Assembly (NCBI GenBank): GCA_963850305.1
Contig: CAWKKR010000007.1
Span: 864,001 to 928,000 of the forward strand
Direction: 5' to 3'
Length of the DNA stretch: 64,000 nt
Source of the DNA: an uncultured delta proteobacterium
GTDB lineage: Bacteria; Myxococcota_A; Polyangia; Polyangiales; Polyangiaceae
Shown: in pieces, positions 40,025 to 48,859 of the stretch
Layout of the letters: every line of letters starts with the position of its first letter
Numbering within the stretch: position 1 is the stretch's first letter
Made by a program: the position numbers and the translations under genes
The notes under the pieces: model-generated
Seen by the model: only the letters and a program-made list of their open reading frames with translations
Told to the model about the DNA's origin: nothing
Databases searched by the model: none

Positions 40025-40930
40025 ATGAGCGACAAGGTCGGAGCGGACCCGGAAGAACTCGACTCCGGTTGGGAAGACGATGACGCGCCGAAAGCCGCGC
40101 CCGCTGCTCTGGCCTCGCTGCCTCCGGTCTCGGTGCCCGCAGTACCTGCTTCGCGCGCGGCGGCGTCCCCATCGATGAAGCCGTTGGCGCCGGCGAAGGC
40201 GAAAAGCATTTTCGACGTCGGGCCCAGCGCGCCGCGCGTCCCGCGTGAGGTGCCCCCAGCTCCGAAGGCGCCGGTCGTGGAGCCCCCGAAGCCCGCGGTG
40301 GTTGCGGCCGTGAAGGCATCGGTCGTGGAGCCCCCGAAGCCCGCGATTGCGCCAGCAACTCCTGCGGCTTCCCAGCCTACGGCGATCCGCCCGCAGGCGA
40401 TGGTCGCGCTCCAGGCTCTCGAGAACTCGCGACGCCCGAAGGTCCTGGACTCGCCCGAGCGCGTGCCCGCCGTCGCCGCGGCCACCCCGACTCGCGCTGA
40501 ACTGCCGCCGGAAAGGGCCGCCGCTCCGGCAAGACCGTCTCCCAAGAAGAAAGCGAAGCGCACCGCCGATCGGCGCGCGGATCGCGCAGGGCGCAAAGCC
40601 GACCGCATGGCGCGGAAGCGTGCAGCGCGGCAAGCTGCGGCCCGCAGCGCCAATCAAACTGCAAATCCCCCCAAGGGGAAGCGGCCCGCGGCGGCATCTG
40701 CGGAAAAGCCCGTCGCAGGACCGGAGGCCAAGGCCCGCAAAGCTCGGGCCCCCGCGTCGCAGCCCGAACGCGCGAAGCCCGTGCCGCGCCCCGCTCCGCG
40801 CCCAGGGTCTTCCTCCTCGCGGGAGCCCCGAACGAAAGGTGCCCGCGCCGCGATTGCGGTGTTGCTTGCCGTCGGGTTGATGCTCGGCTTCTGGCTGCTA
40901 TTTCGACTGCCCGGGCACGCGGCGCATTGA
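40025..40930 (+). CDS. Hypothetical Pro/Ala/Lys-rich protein with C-terminal TM helix
   Basis: EELDSGW N-terminus, low-complexity body with duplicated VVEPPKPA, terminal AAIAVLLAVGLMLGFWLLF. Confidence 0.6.
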   Translation: MSDKVGADPEELDSGWEDDDAPKAAPAALASLPPVSVPAVPASRAAASPSMKPLAPAKAKSIFDVGPSAPRVPREVPPAPKAPVVEPPKPAVVAAVKASVVEPPKPAIAPATPAASQPTAIRPQAMVALQALENSRRPKVLDSPERVPAVAAATPTRAELPPERAAAPARPSPKKKAKRTADRRADRAGRKADRMARKRAARQAAARSANQTANPPKGKRPAAASAEKPVAGPEAKARKARAPASQPERAKPVPRPAPRPGSSSSREPRTKGARAAIAVLLAVGLMLGFWLLFRLPGHAAH

Positions 40931-41160
40931 CCGGAAAGTGGCCCCGCGGCTCCCTCACAAGCCGCGGCGCCGGGCCGCCCGCACCCCTGGGTCGAAGCGA
41001 CGACCAAGCAGGTTGCGTGCCACCGGGCTCGCGCCGGAGCGATCGGTGAATTCCGGAGAGAAACGCCGCGCGATGCCGCATGCGCTCGGGTCCCCCATCG
41101 CGTGATTTGCGGTTCCGTGAGGGACGGCCGTCGGCACAGGTGTGCCATTGAAATCACACT

Positions 41161-42135
41161 TCACCTTGCTGGCGGAAGGGGCAGGCGGCGCACGGGCGGG
41201 GGCGCGGGTGCAAAAGGTTCGTCCGATGCTGACGGAGCGTCGTCGCCAACGCGCCCTCGACGAGACGGGAACGCGACGCTGAACGTCGAGCCTTTTCCGG
41301 GCGTGGACTCGACGGAAATCGTGGCACCGAGCTCCACGGCGATCTCTCTGCATACGGAGAGCCCAAGTCCCGTCCCTTGCCACGCCGCCTTGATGGTGAA
41401 GAAGGGTTCGAACACGCGCTCGAGGTGCTCGCGGGCGATGCCGGGTCCAGAGTCCGAAATCTCCACGACGACCCCACGCGAGGCATCCACGCGCGTGACC
41501 ACGCGGATGAAGTGGTCATTCTCCGCATCACTCGCCACGGCCTGTGCGGCGTTGACGATCAGGTTCAGGAAAAGACGGCTCACTCGCGACTCGTTGCCCA
41601 CGATGGGAGGCACTGCATCGAAATCAGTGATGACCCGCGCGGAGTGATCGATCTCGGTTCTGGCGATCTTGAGGCACGAGATGAGCACGCTCTCCAGATC
41701 GACGTGAGATATCCCCGAGCGCCGAGCCGTGACGTCGAGGGCGAGATCCTGGAGTCGCTTCGCGCCTGCGACCGCCTCGCACACGCATCGCCGGAGCTCG
41801 GTGGCTCGTCCCTCCGATGGATCGCGCTCCGGATCGCTCAGCCGATGTTCGATGTGCTCGAGGTTCGACAGCAAATACGAGAGTGGCCCGAGCATCTCGC
41901 TGAGGGCGCCGGCAGCCAGTATGGCGAGCGAGGCGGTCTGCTCGGTGGCCCCCGCTCTCACCGCCGAACCCTCCACCGAAGATGCATTCGACGGCCCGTT
42001 CTCCGGACGCCCCACGCTCGTCGCCACATTCGCGTTCGGTGCAAGACACATGCCCTTTGCGATCCTCCGACATTTCTTCCCGAGGACTGGGGGCGTGTCC
42101 TCTGGGGTGCACGCTGTCCTCGCAGCGCTGGCCAC
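41161..42135 (-). CDS. Histidine-kinase-like ATPase lacking the phospho-acceptor His
   Basis: H-box region LAAGALSEMLGPL; N (LNLIVNA), G1 (DSGPGI), F (FEPFFT) and G2 (GTGLGL) boxes intact; start uncertain. Confidence 0.8.
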   Translation of the reverse strand: MASAARTACTPEDTPPVLGKKCRRIAKGMCLAPNANVATSVGRPENGPSNASSVEGSAVRAGATEQTASLAILAAGALSEMLGPLSYLLSNLEHIEHRLSDPERDPSEGRATELRRCVCEAVAGAKRLQDLALDVTARRSGISHVDLESVLISCLKIARTEIDHSARVITDFDAVPPIVGNESRVSRLFLNLIVNAAQAVASDAENDHFIRVVTRVDASRGVVVEISDSGPGIAREHLERVFEPFFTIKAAWQGTGLGLSVCREIAVELGATISVESTPGKGSTFSVAFPSRRGRVGDDAPSASDEPFAPAPPPVRRLPLPPAR

Positions 42136-42203
42136 TCGAACGGACGGGTCGCACTGGCACCATCGCGCAGCACGGCGAGCGTTTTCTGCTCGGCAGGGCT
42201 GGG

Positions 42204-43730
42204 TCAGTCCCGCCGCTCGATGCCGAAGGCACGGATCAGGTTGTAGACGTGCGAACGCGCAAGATCGAGTCGTCGGGCCGTGGCGGCGATATTGAAGCCC
42301 GTGGCGTCGAGGGTGGCCCGGAGTAACTCCGCCTGGAACCGCCGCGTCTCCTCCTGGAATGTGCGGCAGGCGCCGTCTTTTTCGGAAGATGGGGCGCTCG
42401 AACCGAACAGGTGCGACGCTTCGACCTGGGGCACGTCTTCCGCAGCAGCGCGGATCGTCCCCGCTTCGACGACGTGCGCCAGCTCTCGCACGTTGCCGCG
42501 GAAGGGCGCAGCCCGCGCCGCACGCAAGGCGCCCAGCGACAGATCGACCCGCCGGAGTCCGTGCGTCCGTTGCGCGAGCTCACAGAAGTGCTTTGCGAGC
42601 AGATCGATGTCGTCCCGCCTCTCGGACAGGGACGGCAGCCGGATGGGCAACACCTGCAGGCGGTAAAAGAGATCGTCCCGGAACCGGCGTTGCTCGACCG
42701 CGGCTTTCAAGTCGACGTTCGTCGCAGCGATGAGACGGACATCTGCGGCGCGCGGGCGCGGGGCGCCGAGCGGGTAGTATTCTTTCGTCTGAAGGAGCTG
42801 CAGAAGCTTGGCCTGCGCGCTGATGGAGAGCTCCGCGATCTCGTCGAGAACGAGCGTGCCCCCCTCGGCTGCAGCGACCTTGCCCTCGATCCGGTGAGCC
42901 GCGGTCGAATGCGCACCGGGCAGCGCACCGAAGAGCTCGCTCTCCATCAGCGGCTCGGGGATCGTCGCGCAGTTCAGTTCGACCAGCGGCTTGCCACGCC
43001 GGGCGCTGTTCATGTGGATCACGCGCGCGAGGTGGCTCTTGCCGGTGCCCGTCTCGCCGGTCAGCAACACGCCGACGTCGAGCGGGGCCACGAGCGCGAC
43101 CTCGCGGAGCAGTCGCTCGATGGCCGCCCCCTGTCCGACGATCTCGTTCGCCTGGATTTTCTTCCGTACCTCGATCGTTGCATCGACCGGTCGCACGCCG
43201 TCGAACAGACGATGAACCAGCGGAGCGAGCTGCCTGCCAAAGATCGCCGCCCGCTCCAGATCTTCCTCCGAGAACGGTCCCGGGACCGTGCGACCCTGTA
43301 GATAGACGACCCCGGCTGGAGGGTCCGCTCCGATGGGCGCGCACAGTACGGCCTCGATGCGTGAGCGCCGCACGCTCCCCAGGTCGCGGAAACGGGGATC
43401 GAGGAGCGCCGATGGCGTCACGACGGCGCGTCCCGATGCAGTCGCCTCCGCGATGATCCCGCGCGAGACGGCCGCACGAATTACCCCGAGCTCTTCGTCG
43501 GAGCACCCTGCAGCGGTCCACCAGCCCGCGTCGGTTTCCGAGAAGACCTCGAGGTAGCCCTGCGAAGCCCCGGCGATCTCGAGAAGCAGCGCGAGGGCAC
43601 GGCGGAGAAACGGCTCGAGCTCCGTTTCGGCATTCAGGCCCAGGAGGCCCAGGTAAAGGTCTCTCTCCGATCTAACGCGGTCGGTAACGATCGCCGCCGA
43701 CGCCGCCATGGCCCGCATCATACCGGTCAT
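42204..43730 (-). CDS. GAF + AAA+ + Fis-HTH sigma54-type enhancer-binding protein (GAHSTA variant)
   Basis: GETGTGKS, ELNCA, ESELFG..PGAHSTA, GGTLVLDEI, QAKLL, IAATN, FRDDLFYRL, GNVREL; C-terminal HTH. Confidence 0.9.
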   Translation of the reverse strand: MTGMMRAMAASAAIVTDRVRSERDLYLGLLGLNAETELEPFLRRALALLLEIAGASQGYLEVFSETDAGWWTAAGCSDEELGVIRAAVSRGIIAEATASGRAVVTPSALLDPRFRDLGSVRRSRIEAVLCAPIGADPPAGVVYLQGRTVPGPFSEEDLERAAIFGRQLAPLVHRLFDGVRPVDATIEVRKKIQANEIVGQGAAIERLLREVALVAPLDVGVLLTGETGTGKSHLARVIHMNSARRGKPLVELNCATIPEPLMESELFGALPGAHSTAAHRIEGKVAAAEGGTLVLDEIAELSISAQAKLLQLLQTKEYYPLGAPRPRAADVRLIAATNVDLKAAVEQRRFRDDLFYRLQVLPIRLPSLSERRDDIDLLAKHFCELAQRTHGLRRVDLSLGALRAARAAPFRGNVRELAHVVEAGTIRAAAEDVPQVEASHLFGSSAPSSEKDGACRTFQEETRRFQAELLRATLDATGFNIAATARRLDLARSHVYNLIRAFGIERRD

Positions 43731-43842
43731 GCCCCCACCGCGTTCAATCGAGTGGACGATCCGGGCGCCGGAGAAGGGCACTCATGTCTACTTTCTTGGA
43801 CATCGGGTGAGGTTTGCAGCCGAGAAACTCGAAACTGGCACG

Positions 43843-43859
43843 TGGCACGTCGAGTGCTT
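43843..43859 (+). promoter_or_regulatory. Sigma54 (-24/-12) promoter candidate
   Basis: TGGCACG-TCGA-GTGCT: GG (43844-45) and GC (43856-57) separated by exactly 10 nt. Confidence 0.55.
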
Positions 43860-43868
43860 GTGATGGCA

Positions 43869-43980
43869 GCCGGAGATGGGGACCTGGCCTCCAAGAAAGA
43901 GGCCAGAAACGGGCCGGGGAACCTAGCCATGGCGGGGCCGCCGCCCAAGCGCAAGAACGCAGGGCGGCGGCGGTAGGTTG
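43869..43980 (+). ncRNA. Candidate structured small RNA (two hairpins with CAAGAA loops)
   Basis: CTGGCCTC-CAAGAAA-GAGGCCAG (43884-43906) and GCCGCCGCCC-AA-GCG-CAAGAA-CGC-A-GGGCGGCGGC (43937-43971), downstream of the sigma54 motif. Confidence 0.35.
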
Positions 43981-43993
43981 TTGGGGTGTCGTC

Positions 43994-45979
43994 TCAGGGC
44001 GGGGCCGGGGGCGCTGAACTTCCGGTTGGCGCCGGGGCAGTCGGCGTGCCCGAGGCTGCGCCCGCCGGTGCGTGCTCGGCCGTCGCGCTCGGCGCAGGCG
44101 GCGGGGCGGCAGTTTCGGTCGGAGGCGCTGGCGCCGGCCCGGTGCTGGCGGTGGCGGAGGCGACCGCGGCCGGCCCGGTGACGGCTGTCGGACGGCTCGC
44201 GTGACTCGTGCCGGCATCCCGGTGCTCCGTCGCCGCCAAGACCACGGCGGCACTCGCAAGCGGGACGATCATGGCTCGTGCGGCCGGATCGAGCGCGGCG
44301 CGTCGGAGTTCTTCGAGGGGGAGCGTTTTTGGAACGGGCACCCGCGGCTGCACGCCGGGGATCGCATTCAATCGCACAACGACCACGGGCCGCGAGCCGT
44401 CGACTTTCACGGTCTCCGGGTAAAAGCCATCGCGCTTGATTTCGATCCGGACCGTCTCGCCGTCGCCGATCGCGAGGGAAACGGGCATCCCGCCGAGACT
44501 CTTGCCGTCGCGGTACACCTCCGCGTCGATGGGAGAAAAGACCAGCGCGACGGATCTCGTCGCGGGCGTCGCAGCGGATGAAGTGGGTGCCGGCGCCGTC
44601 GATGGAACCAGGACACTGTCGGATGCGGCCATGCTCGATCGATGCGAGGACGTGAGAAAGAGTCCCCCGGCGGACAGAACGGCCGCAATGGCGAGCACCC
44701 ACGGCCAGAGCGGCGCCGGTCGGACGACGTGCGCCGTGAGTTCCCGCCGCGCCGCGAGGATGAGGGACGCGTCTTGATCCCGCTCCGCGCGCGCCAGTAG
44801 ATCCGCGAGGGCGACCGGGGGATCGCCCCGCTCGAAGCGCTCCACGTCGGCGCAAAAGTCGTTCATCGATGCGTAGCGATCTTCCGGCTTCTTCTGGAGG
44901 CACTTGAGCACGATCGCATCGAGTGCATTGCCGACCGATTGCGGCGGCGCGTCCAGGCGCGCCAGCGGAACCGGTGCGGTGTACATGTGTTGCGTGAGCA
45001 GCCCCACCGGGTTCTCCGCGTCGAACGGCACCTTGCCCGACAGCATCTCGTAGAAGATGACTCCGAGAGAGTAGATGTCCGCGCGCGCGTCGACCTCTTC
45101 GCCGCTCGCTTGCTCGGGCGACATGTAATGAGGCGTTCCGAAGATGGTCCCGGCGCGAGTGATGCGGTTGGCCGCGCTCCCCATCTTGGCGATGCCGAAG
45201 TCGAGTAGCTTGACGAAGTCTTCGGTCCCGTCGCGCGTCGTCAGAAAGATGTTCTCCGGCTTCAGATCGCGATGAACGATCCCGGCCTTGTGGGCTGCGT
45301 TCATGCCCTCCGCGATTTGTTTCGCGATGGCCAGCGAGCGAGGCACGAGGACGAAACCGTCGTTCTTGATTCTCCGAGCGAGTGTTTGCCCTTCGAGATA
45401 TTCCATCACGAAGTACGTCGAACCATCCGGGAGCTCCCCGAAGTCGACCGTGTCGACGATGTGAGCGTTCCCGATTGCCGTCGCTGCGCGGGCTTCGTTC
45501 ACGAATCGCTCGACGACGTCTCCGTCCTCGGTCGGCAGGAGGATCTTGACGGCGAAGAGCTTGTCGATGACGTCGTGGCGCGCGCGATAAACGACGCCCA
45601 TGCCGCCACGTCCGAGCACGCCTTCGATGCGATAGCGCCCGTCGACGACGCATCCGACGTACGTGCTCGCTGGGCCGGCGCCTTCATCGCCCGAGTCCGC
45701 GGCGTCCGCGCGCACCAGCGGGACCTGCCTCAGCGAGCCGAGTCCGCGGCGAGTCACTGGCTCGGCATCCCCCATCGCCAGCAGAGTCGGGTTTTCGGCC
45801 ATCGAACGGTCCGCGTCCGCGCGGAGCTCGATGGCTGAGCGCGGTCCGTCTTCGATCGGCGTCGCTTGCGGGTGCGCCGCTTCCTGCCCACGGCGGGCGG
45901 CTTCTGGCCTCGGCCGATTCGTTCGCGGAAGCGGGCCGCGCTCGCCGTCACGTCGCGGTTTGTCGCCCGGGTCGCTCAT
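43994..45979 (-). CDS. Membrane Ser/Thr protein kinase with PEGA-like extracytoplasmic domain
   Basis: LGRGGMGVVY, FAVK, HRDLKPEN, DFG, YMSPE; TM segment; SPIDAEVYRDG..LG...KRDGF. Confidence 0.92.
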   Translation of the reverse strand: MSDPGDKPRRDGERGPLPRTNRPRPEAARRGQEAAHPQATPIEDGPRSAIELRADADRSMAENPTLLAMGDAEPVTRRGLGSLRQVPLVRADAADSGDEGAGPASTYVGCVVDGRYRIEGVLGRGGMGVVYRARHDVIDKLFAVKILLPTEDGDVVERFVNEARAATAIGNAHIVDTVDFGELPDGSTYFVMEYLEGQTLARRIKNDGFVLVPRSLAIAKQIAEGMNAAHKAGIVHRDLKPENIFLTTRDGTEDFVKLLDFGIAKMGSAANRITRAGTIFGTPHYMSPEQASGEEVDARADIYSLGVIFYEMLSGKVPFDAENPVGLLTQHMYTAPVPLARLDAPPQSVGNALDAIVLKCLQKKPEDRYASMNDFCADVERFERGDPPVALADLLARAERDQDASLILAARRELTAHVVRPAPLWPWVLAIAAVLSAGGLFLTSSHRSSMAASDSVLVPSTAPAPTSSAATPATRSVALVFSPIDAEVYRDGKSLGGMPVSLAIGDGETVRIEIKRDGFYPETVKVDGSRPVVVVRLNAIPGVQPRVPVPKTLPLEELRRAALDPAARAMIVPLASAAVVLAATEHRDAGTSHASRPTAVTGPAAVASATASTGPAPAPPTETAAPPPAPSATAEHAPAGAASGTPTAPAPTGSSAPPAPP

Positions 45980-46217
45980 GAAGCAGAAAACCAGCGGTTC
46001 AGCGGAGGCTCCGCGGCTCAGCAGACGTCAGTATAACGGGTTTCCGGCGCACTCAACTCGCGCCCGTCTCGGCTCGCCCCTCGGGGGCGGAATGCTCGAG
46101 GACCGGGCTGAAATCCCTCACGGCGATGCGGTCCGACCCGTATCGCCGATGTAACTGGCCGCGCCGCTGTGTTCTACTCAGGCCCTCGGGCCCACCGGGC
46201 CACCCAAGGAACGATCT

Positions 46218-47234
46218 TTGAAAGCCCTCGTCACTGGCGCCAGCGGCTTCATCGGTGGGCACGTCATCGAAGCCCTGCGCGCTGCCGGGCACGACCCCGT
46301 CGCTCTCGTGCGACCGACCAGCGACACGACGATGCTCGAGCAATGGGACGTCGCGATCGTTCGCGGCGACGTCACGGATCCGGATTCTCTGCGGATCGCC
46401 TGCGAGGGGGTCGACTGTGTCATTCACACGGCAGCCGTCGTTTCCATGTACGGCGCCTGGGAAGAATACCGGCGCGTTGGCGTCGTCGGCACCGAGAACC
46501 TGGTGGCCGCCGCGGTCGAAGCCAAGGTCACGCGATTCATCCATCTGAGCTCCATAGCGGCTTACGGCTTTCGCCACGCGCAGGGCGTCGTCCTCACCGA
46601 GGACATGCCGATCGACGAAGAGCCGGAGCCCTGGAACCATTATGTGCGCGAGAAGATGCTCTCGGAGAAGGTCGTTGGACGCGCGCATTCGGCGGGGCGC
46701 ATCCAGGCAACCGTCTTTCGCCCGCCAGTGGTGATTGGTCCCCGTGATCGGAACGTCGTCACGCGCATGATGAACCTGCTTCGCCTCCCGTTCACCGGCA
46801 CCATCGGCGCGGGCAACAACCGAGTCGGTTGCGTCGTGGTCGAGGAGCTTGCGGAGGTGGTCGTCCGTGGCACGACGGCCGAAGTTGCCGCGGGACGGGT
46901 CTACAACGTCGGTGGCAAGACCCCGATCACCCAGCGCGAGCTCTACGGTCACTACGCCAAGGCCGCGGGGCGCCGTGCCCAGCCCTTTTTCGCGCCTTAT
47001 CGCGTCGCATTCGCGGGCGCGAGCATCGCGGAAAGGCTGTCCCAGCTCGCGGGCCGCAAAGAAGAGCCGATGCTCTCCCTCATCAGCGTTCCCGTGTTCG
47101 GCCAGGACTTCACCGTCGACTCGTCACGCGCCGAACGCGAGCTCGGCTGGAAGGGCGCCGCGGACTACGAGCGAGCCGTCACCGAATCCGTGAAGTGGTA
47201 CCTCGAGCACGAGAAGAAGACAATCTCGGCCTAG
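46218..47234 (+). CDS. NAD-dependent epimerase/dehydratase (extended SDR)
   Basis: TTG start after AAGGA; VTGASGFIG, GDVTD, HTAA, YVREK. Confidence 0.88.
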   Translation: MKALVTGASGFIGGHVIEALRAAGHDPVALVRPTSDTTMLEQWDVAIVRGDVTDPDSLRIACEGVDCVIHTAAVVSMYGAWEEYRRVGVVGTENLVAAAVEAKVTRFIHLSSIAAYGFRHAQGVVLTEDMPIDEEPEPWNHYVREKMLSEKVVGRAHSAGRIQATVFRPPVVIGPRDRNVVTRMMNLLRLPFTGTIGAGNNRVGCVVVEELAEVVVRGTTAEVAAGRVYNVGGKTPITQRELYGHYAKAAGRRAQPFFAPYRVAFAGASIAERLSQLAGRKEEPMLSLISVPVFGQDFTVDSSRAERELGWKGAADYERAVTESVKWYLEHEKKTISA

Positions 47235-47318
47235 AACCGCGCCGCAGACCGCGACGGTCCATCCGTCGGGACCGCCGATGGGCAATCCATCAGTCCGCCC
47301 GCCTCAACATCGCGACGC

Positions 47319-48020
47319 TTAGAGACAGGGGGCGAACGGGTATGCGCAGCCGCATTTTCCGGCGCTCTGGCAGCAAACGCCCGAAGCGATCCCGCAGGCG
47401 CTGCATCCGGTGGTCGTTTTGCCGTCGGAGCATGCACTTGGGGCCGTCGCGCCGCCCGCGCCGGTAACGCCGCCCGCGGACGCCCCGCCCGACGCTGCCC
47501 CGCCCGATGCACTCGCTCCGCCTGACGCTGCCCCGCCCAATCCACTCGCCCCGCCTGACGACCTCGCTCCGCCGGACTCACCTGCTCCGCCCGACGACGC
47601 GCCTCCGGCGCTGCCGACATCGCCACCGCTACCCTTGCCGGAGCCCCCGGTTCCCGTGGCACTCCCTCCGCCCGAGCCCGCGTCACCGGCATCCGAAGGT
47701 GCCCCGCCGTTCCCGGTTGTCGAGCCGTCACCGGGTGCACCGCCGTCTCCAGTTGCCGAGCCGTCACCGCGGCCGCCGTTGCCGACCGCGCCGCCGGTGG
47801 AGGGGGCAACCTGGAATCCGCCGGACCCAACGAGTCCACCGGACCCGAGCTCGGACGCACCCGTGCCGCTCGAACTTCCGGTGCCGCTCGCGCCGCCGTC
47901 GCCCGGTGTCAGGGCCCCGTCATCGAGCGTGAGCGTCGAGATATCGCCGCCGACCTCCTGCCCCTGCGCACACGCTACTGCGATGAGGGCAACGAGAGGA
48001 AGGGTGACGATCTTTCGCAC
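47319..48020 (-). CDS. Gly/Ser-rich lipoprotein with small C-terminal Cys-rich domain
   Basis: LIAVAC lipobox; GG repeats; C-terminal CSDG..GCSAC..CC...CGC.....C. Confidence 0.7.
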   Translation of the reverse strand: MRKIVTLPLVALIAVACAQGQEVGGDISTLTLDDGALTPGDGGASGTGSSSGTGASELGSGGLVGSGGFQVAPSTGGAVGNGGRGDGSATGDGGAPGDGSTTGNGGAPSDAGDAGSGGGSATGTGGSGKGSGGDVGSAGGASSGGAGESGGARSSGGASGLGGAASGGASASGGAASGGASAGGVTGAGGATAPSACSDGKTTTGCSACGIASGVCCQSAGKCGCAYPFAPCL

Positions 48021-48202
48021 TACCAGCGAGCGTAGCGCGTCCGTGCACTCTTCACAACGGCACGCCGGGGCTCGGCCCTGACGCGGGCGCCGGGCTCTGT
48101 TTGGCCAGCGCTTCTGCAAGGATCACGCGATACGCCGAGCCCAGATGTACCCACAACGGCCCACGTCCTTTGGCTGCCGCACCCCCTCGTGCGACGACTC
48201 GG

Positions 48203-48544
48203 TCAGCCTTTCCGCTTGGCCTTGCGAGGTGCCTTCTTCACGGGCGCTGGCGCCTCTTCCGCTACGGCCGCTTTCGCTCGCGGCGCTTTGCGCGGGGCCT
48301 TCGGCGCGTCCCCTGTTTCGCTCGGCTTCTCGTCGCCCGTCAGGTACTTGAACGACACCTTGACCTTCGCGCGATACGCGACGGCTTTGCCTTCCATGAT
48401 CTGCATGTCGAGCTGCGATACTTCCGCGATGCGAAGATCCCGAAGGCTCAACGACGCCGTCTTCACCGCGGCCGCGGCAGCCTTCTCCCAGGACACCGTG
48501 CTCGTGCCGATCAGTTCGATGACCTTGTAGACGCTCTCAGCCAT
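48203..48544 (-). CDS. Dodecin (flavin-binding) with basic C-terminal extension
   Basis: SVYKVIELIGTS..SWEKAA..AV..AS.SLRDLRIAEV...YRAKVKVSFKY; SD AAGGAG. Confidence 0.9.
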   Translation of the reverse strand: MAESVYKVIELIGTSTVSWEKAAAAAVKTASLSLRDLRIAEVSQLDMQIMEGKAVAYRAKVKVSFKYLTGDEKPSETGDAPKAPRKAPRAKAAVAEEAPAPVKKAPRKAKRKG

Positions 48545-48859
48545 GTAAGGACTCCTTTTGATTTCCCCGCGGCGCCGCGGGCGCCCTCCGGGCGTCCCGC
48601 AAGCTACCGCGAAACGCGGTCAGCCCGATCTCGGAAACCACCCCCCTCGCGGCGTGGGTTGCGGCTCTCGTCGTTAGGGCCGTGCTCTGGTTCACGGCCA
48701 TGGAGCGGGCATGAAAATCACCCCCGCTGGATACCGCGCCGGTTTGGGTAACCACGCTTGCGGATCGTGCGTTCGCGGATAAGTTGGGCCCGCCGTCCCC
48801 CCCGCCGCTCGCTGGCGGCGGGCAGCGCGGCCGAAGTTCATCCGGCAGAGCGAGGAGCG

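Noticed and set aside
41133..41146. Sigma54-like GGCAC...TGC motif
   Set aside because: GG-to-GC spacing is 9 rather than 10 nt; better explained as a short palindrome between convergent genes
43863..43976. 37-aa small protein in the activator/kinase intergenic region
   Set aside because: No SD, no recognisable features, and its ATG lies upstream of the start predicted from the sigma54 motif
48545..48859. FMN riboswitch upstream of dodecin
   Set aside because: Minus-strand GGGGGTGATTTTC only loosely resembles the RFN 5' motif, and the conserved 3' elements are not found
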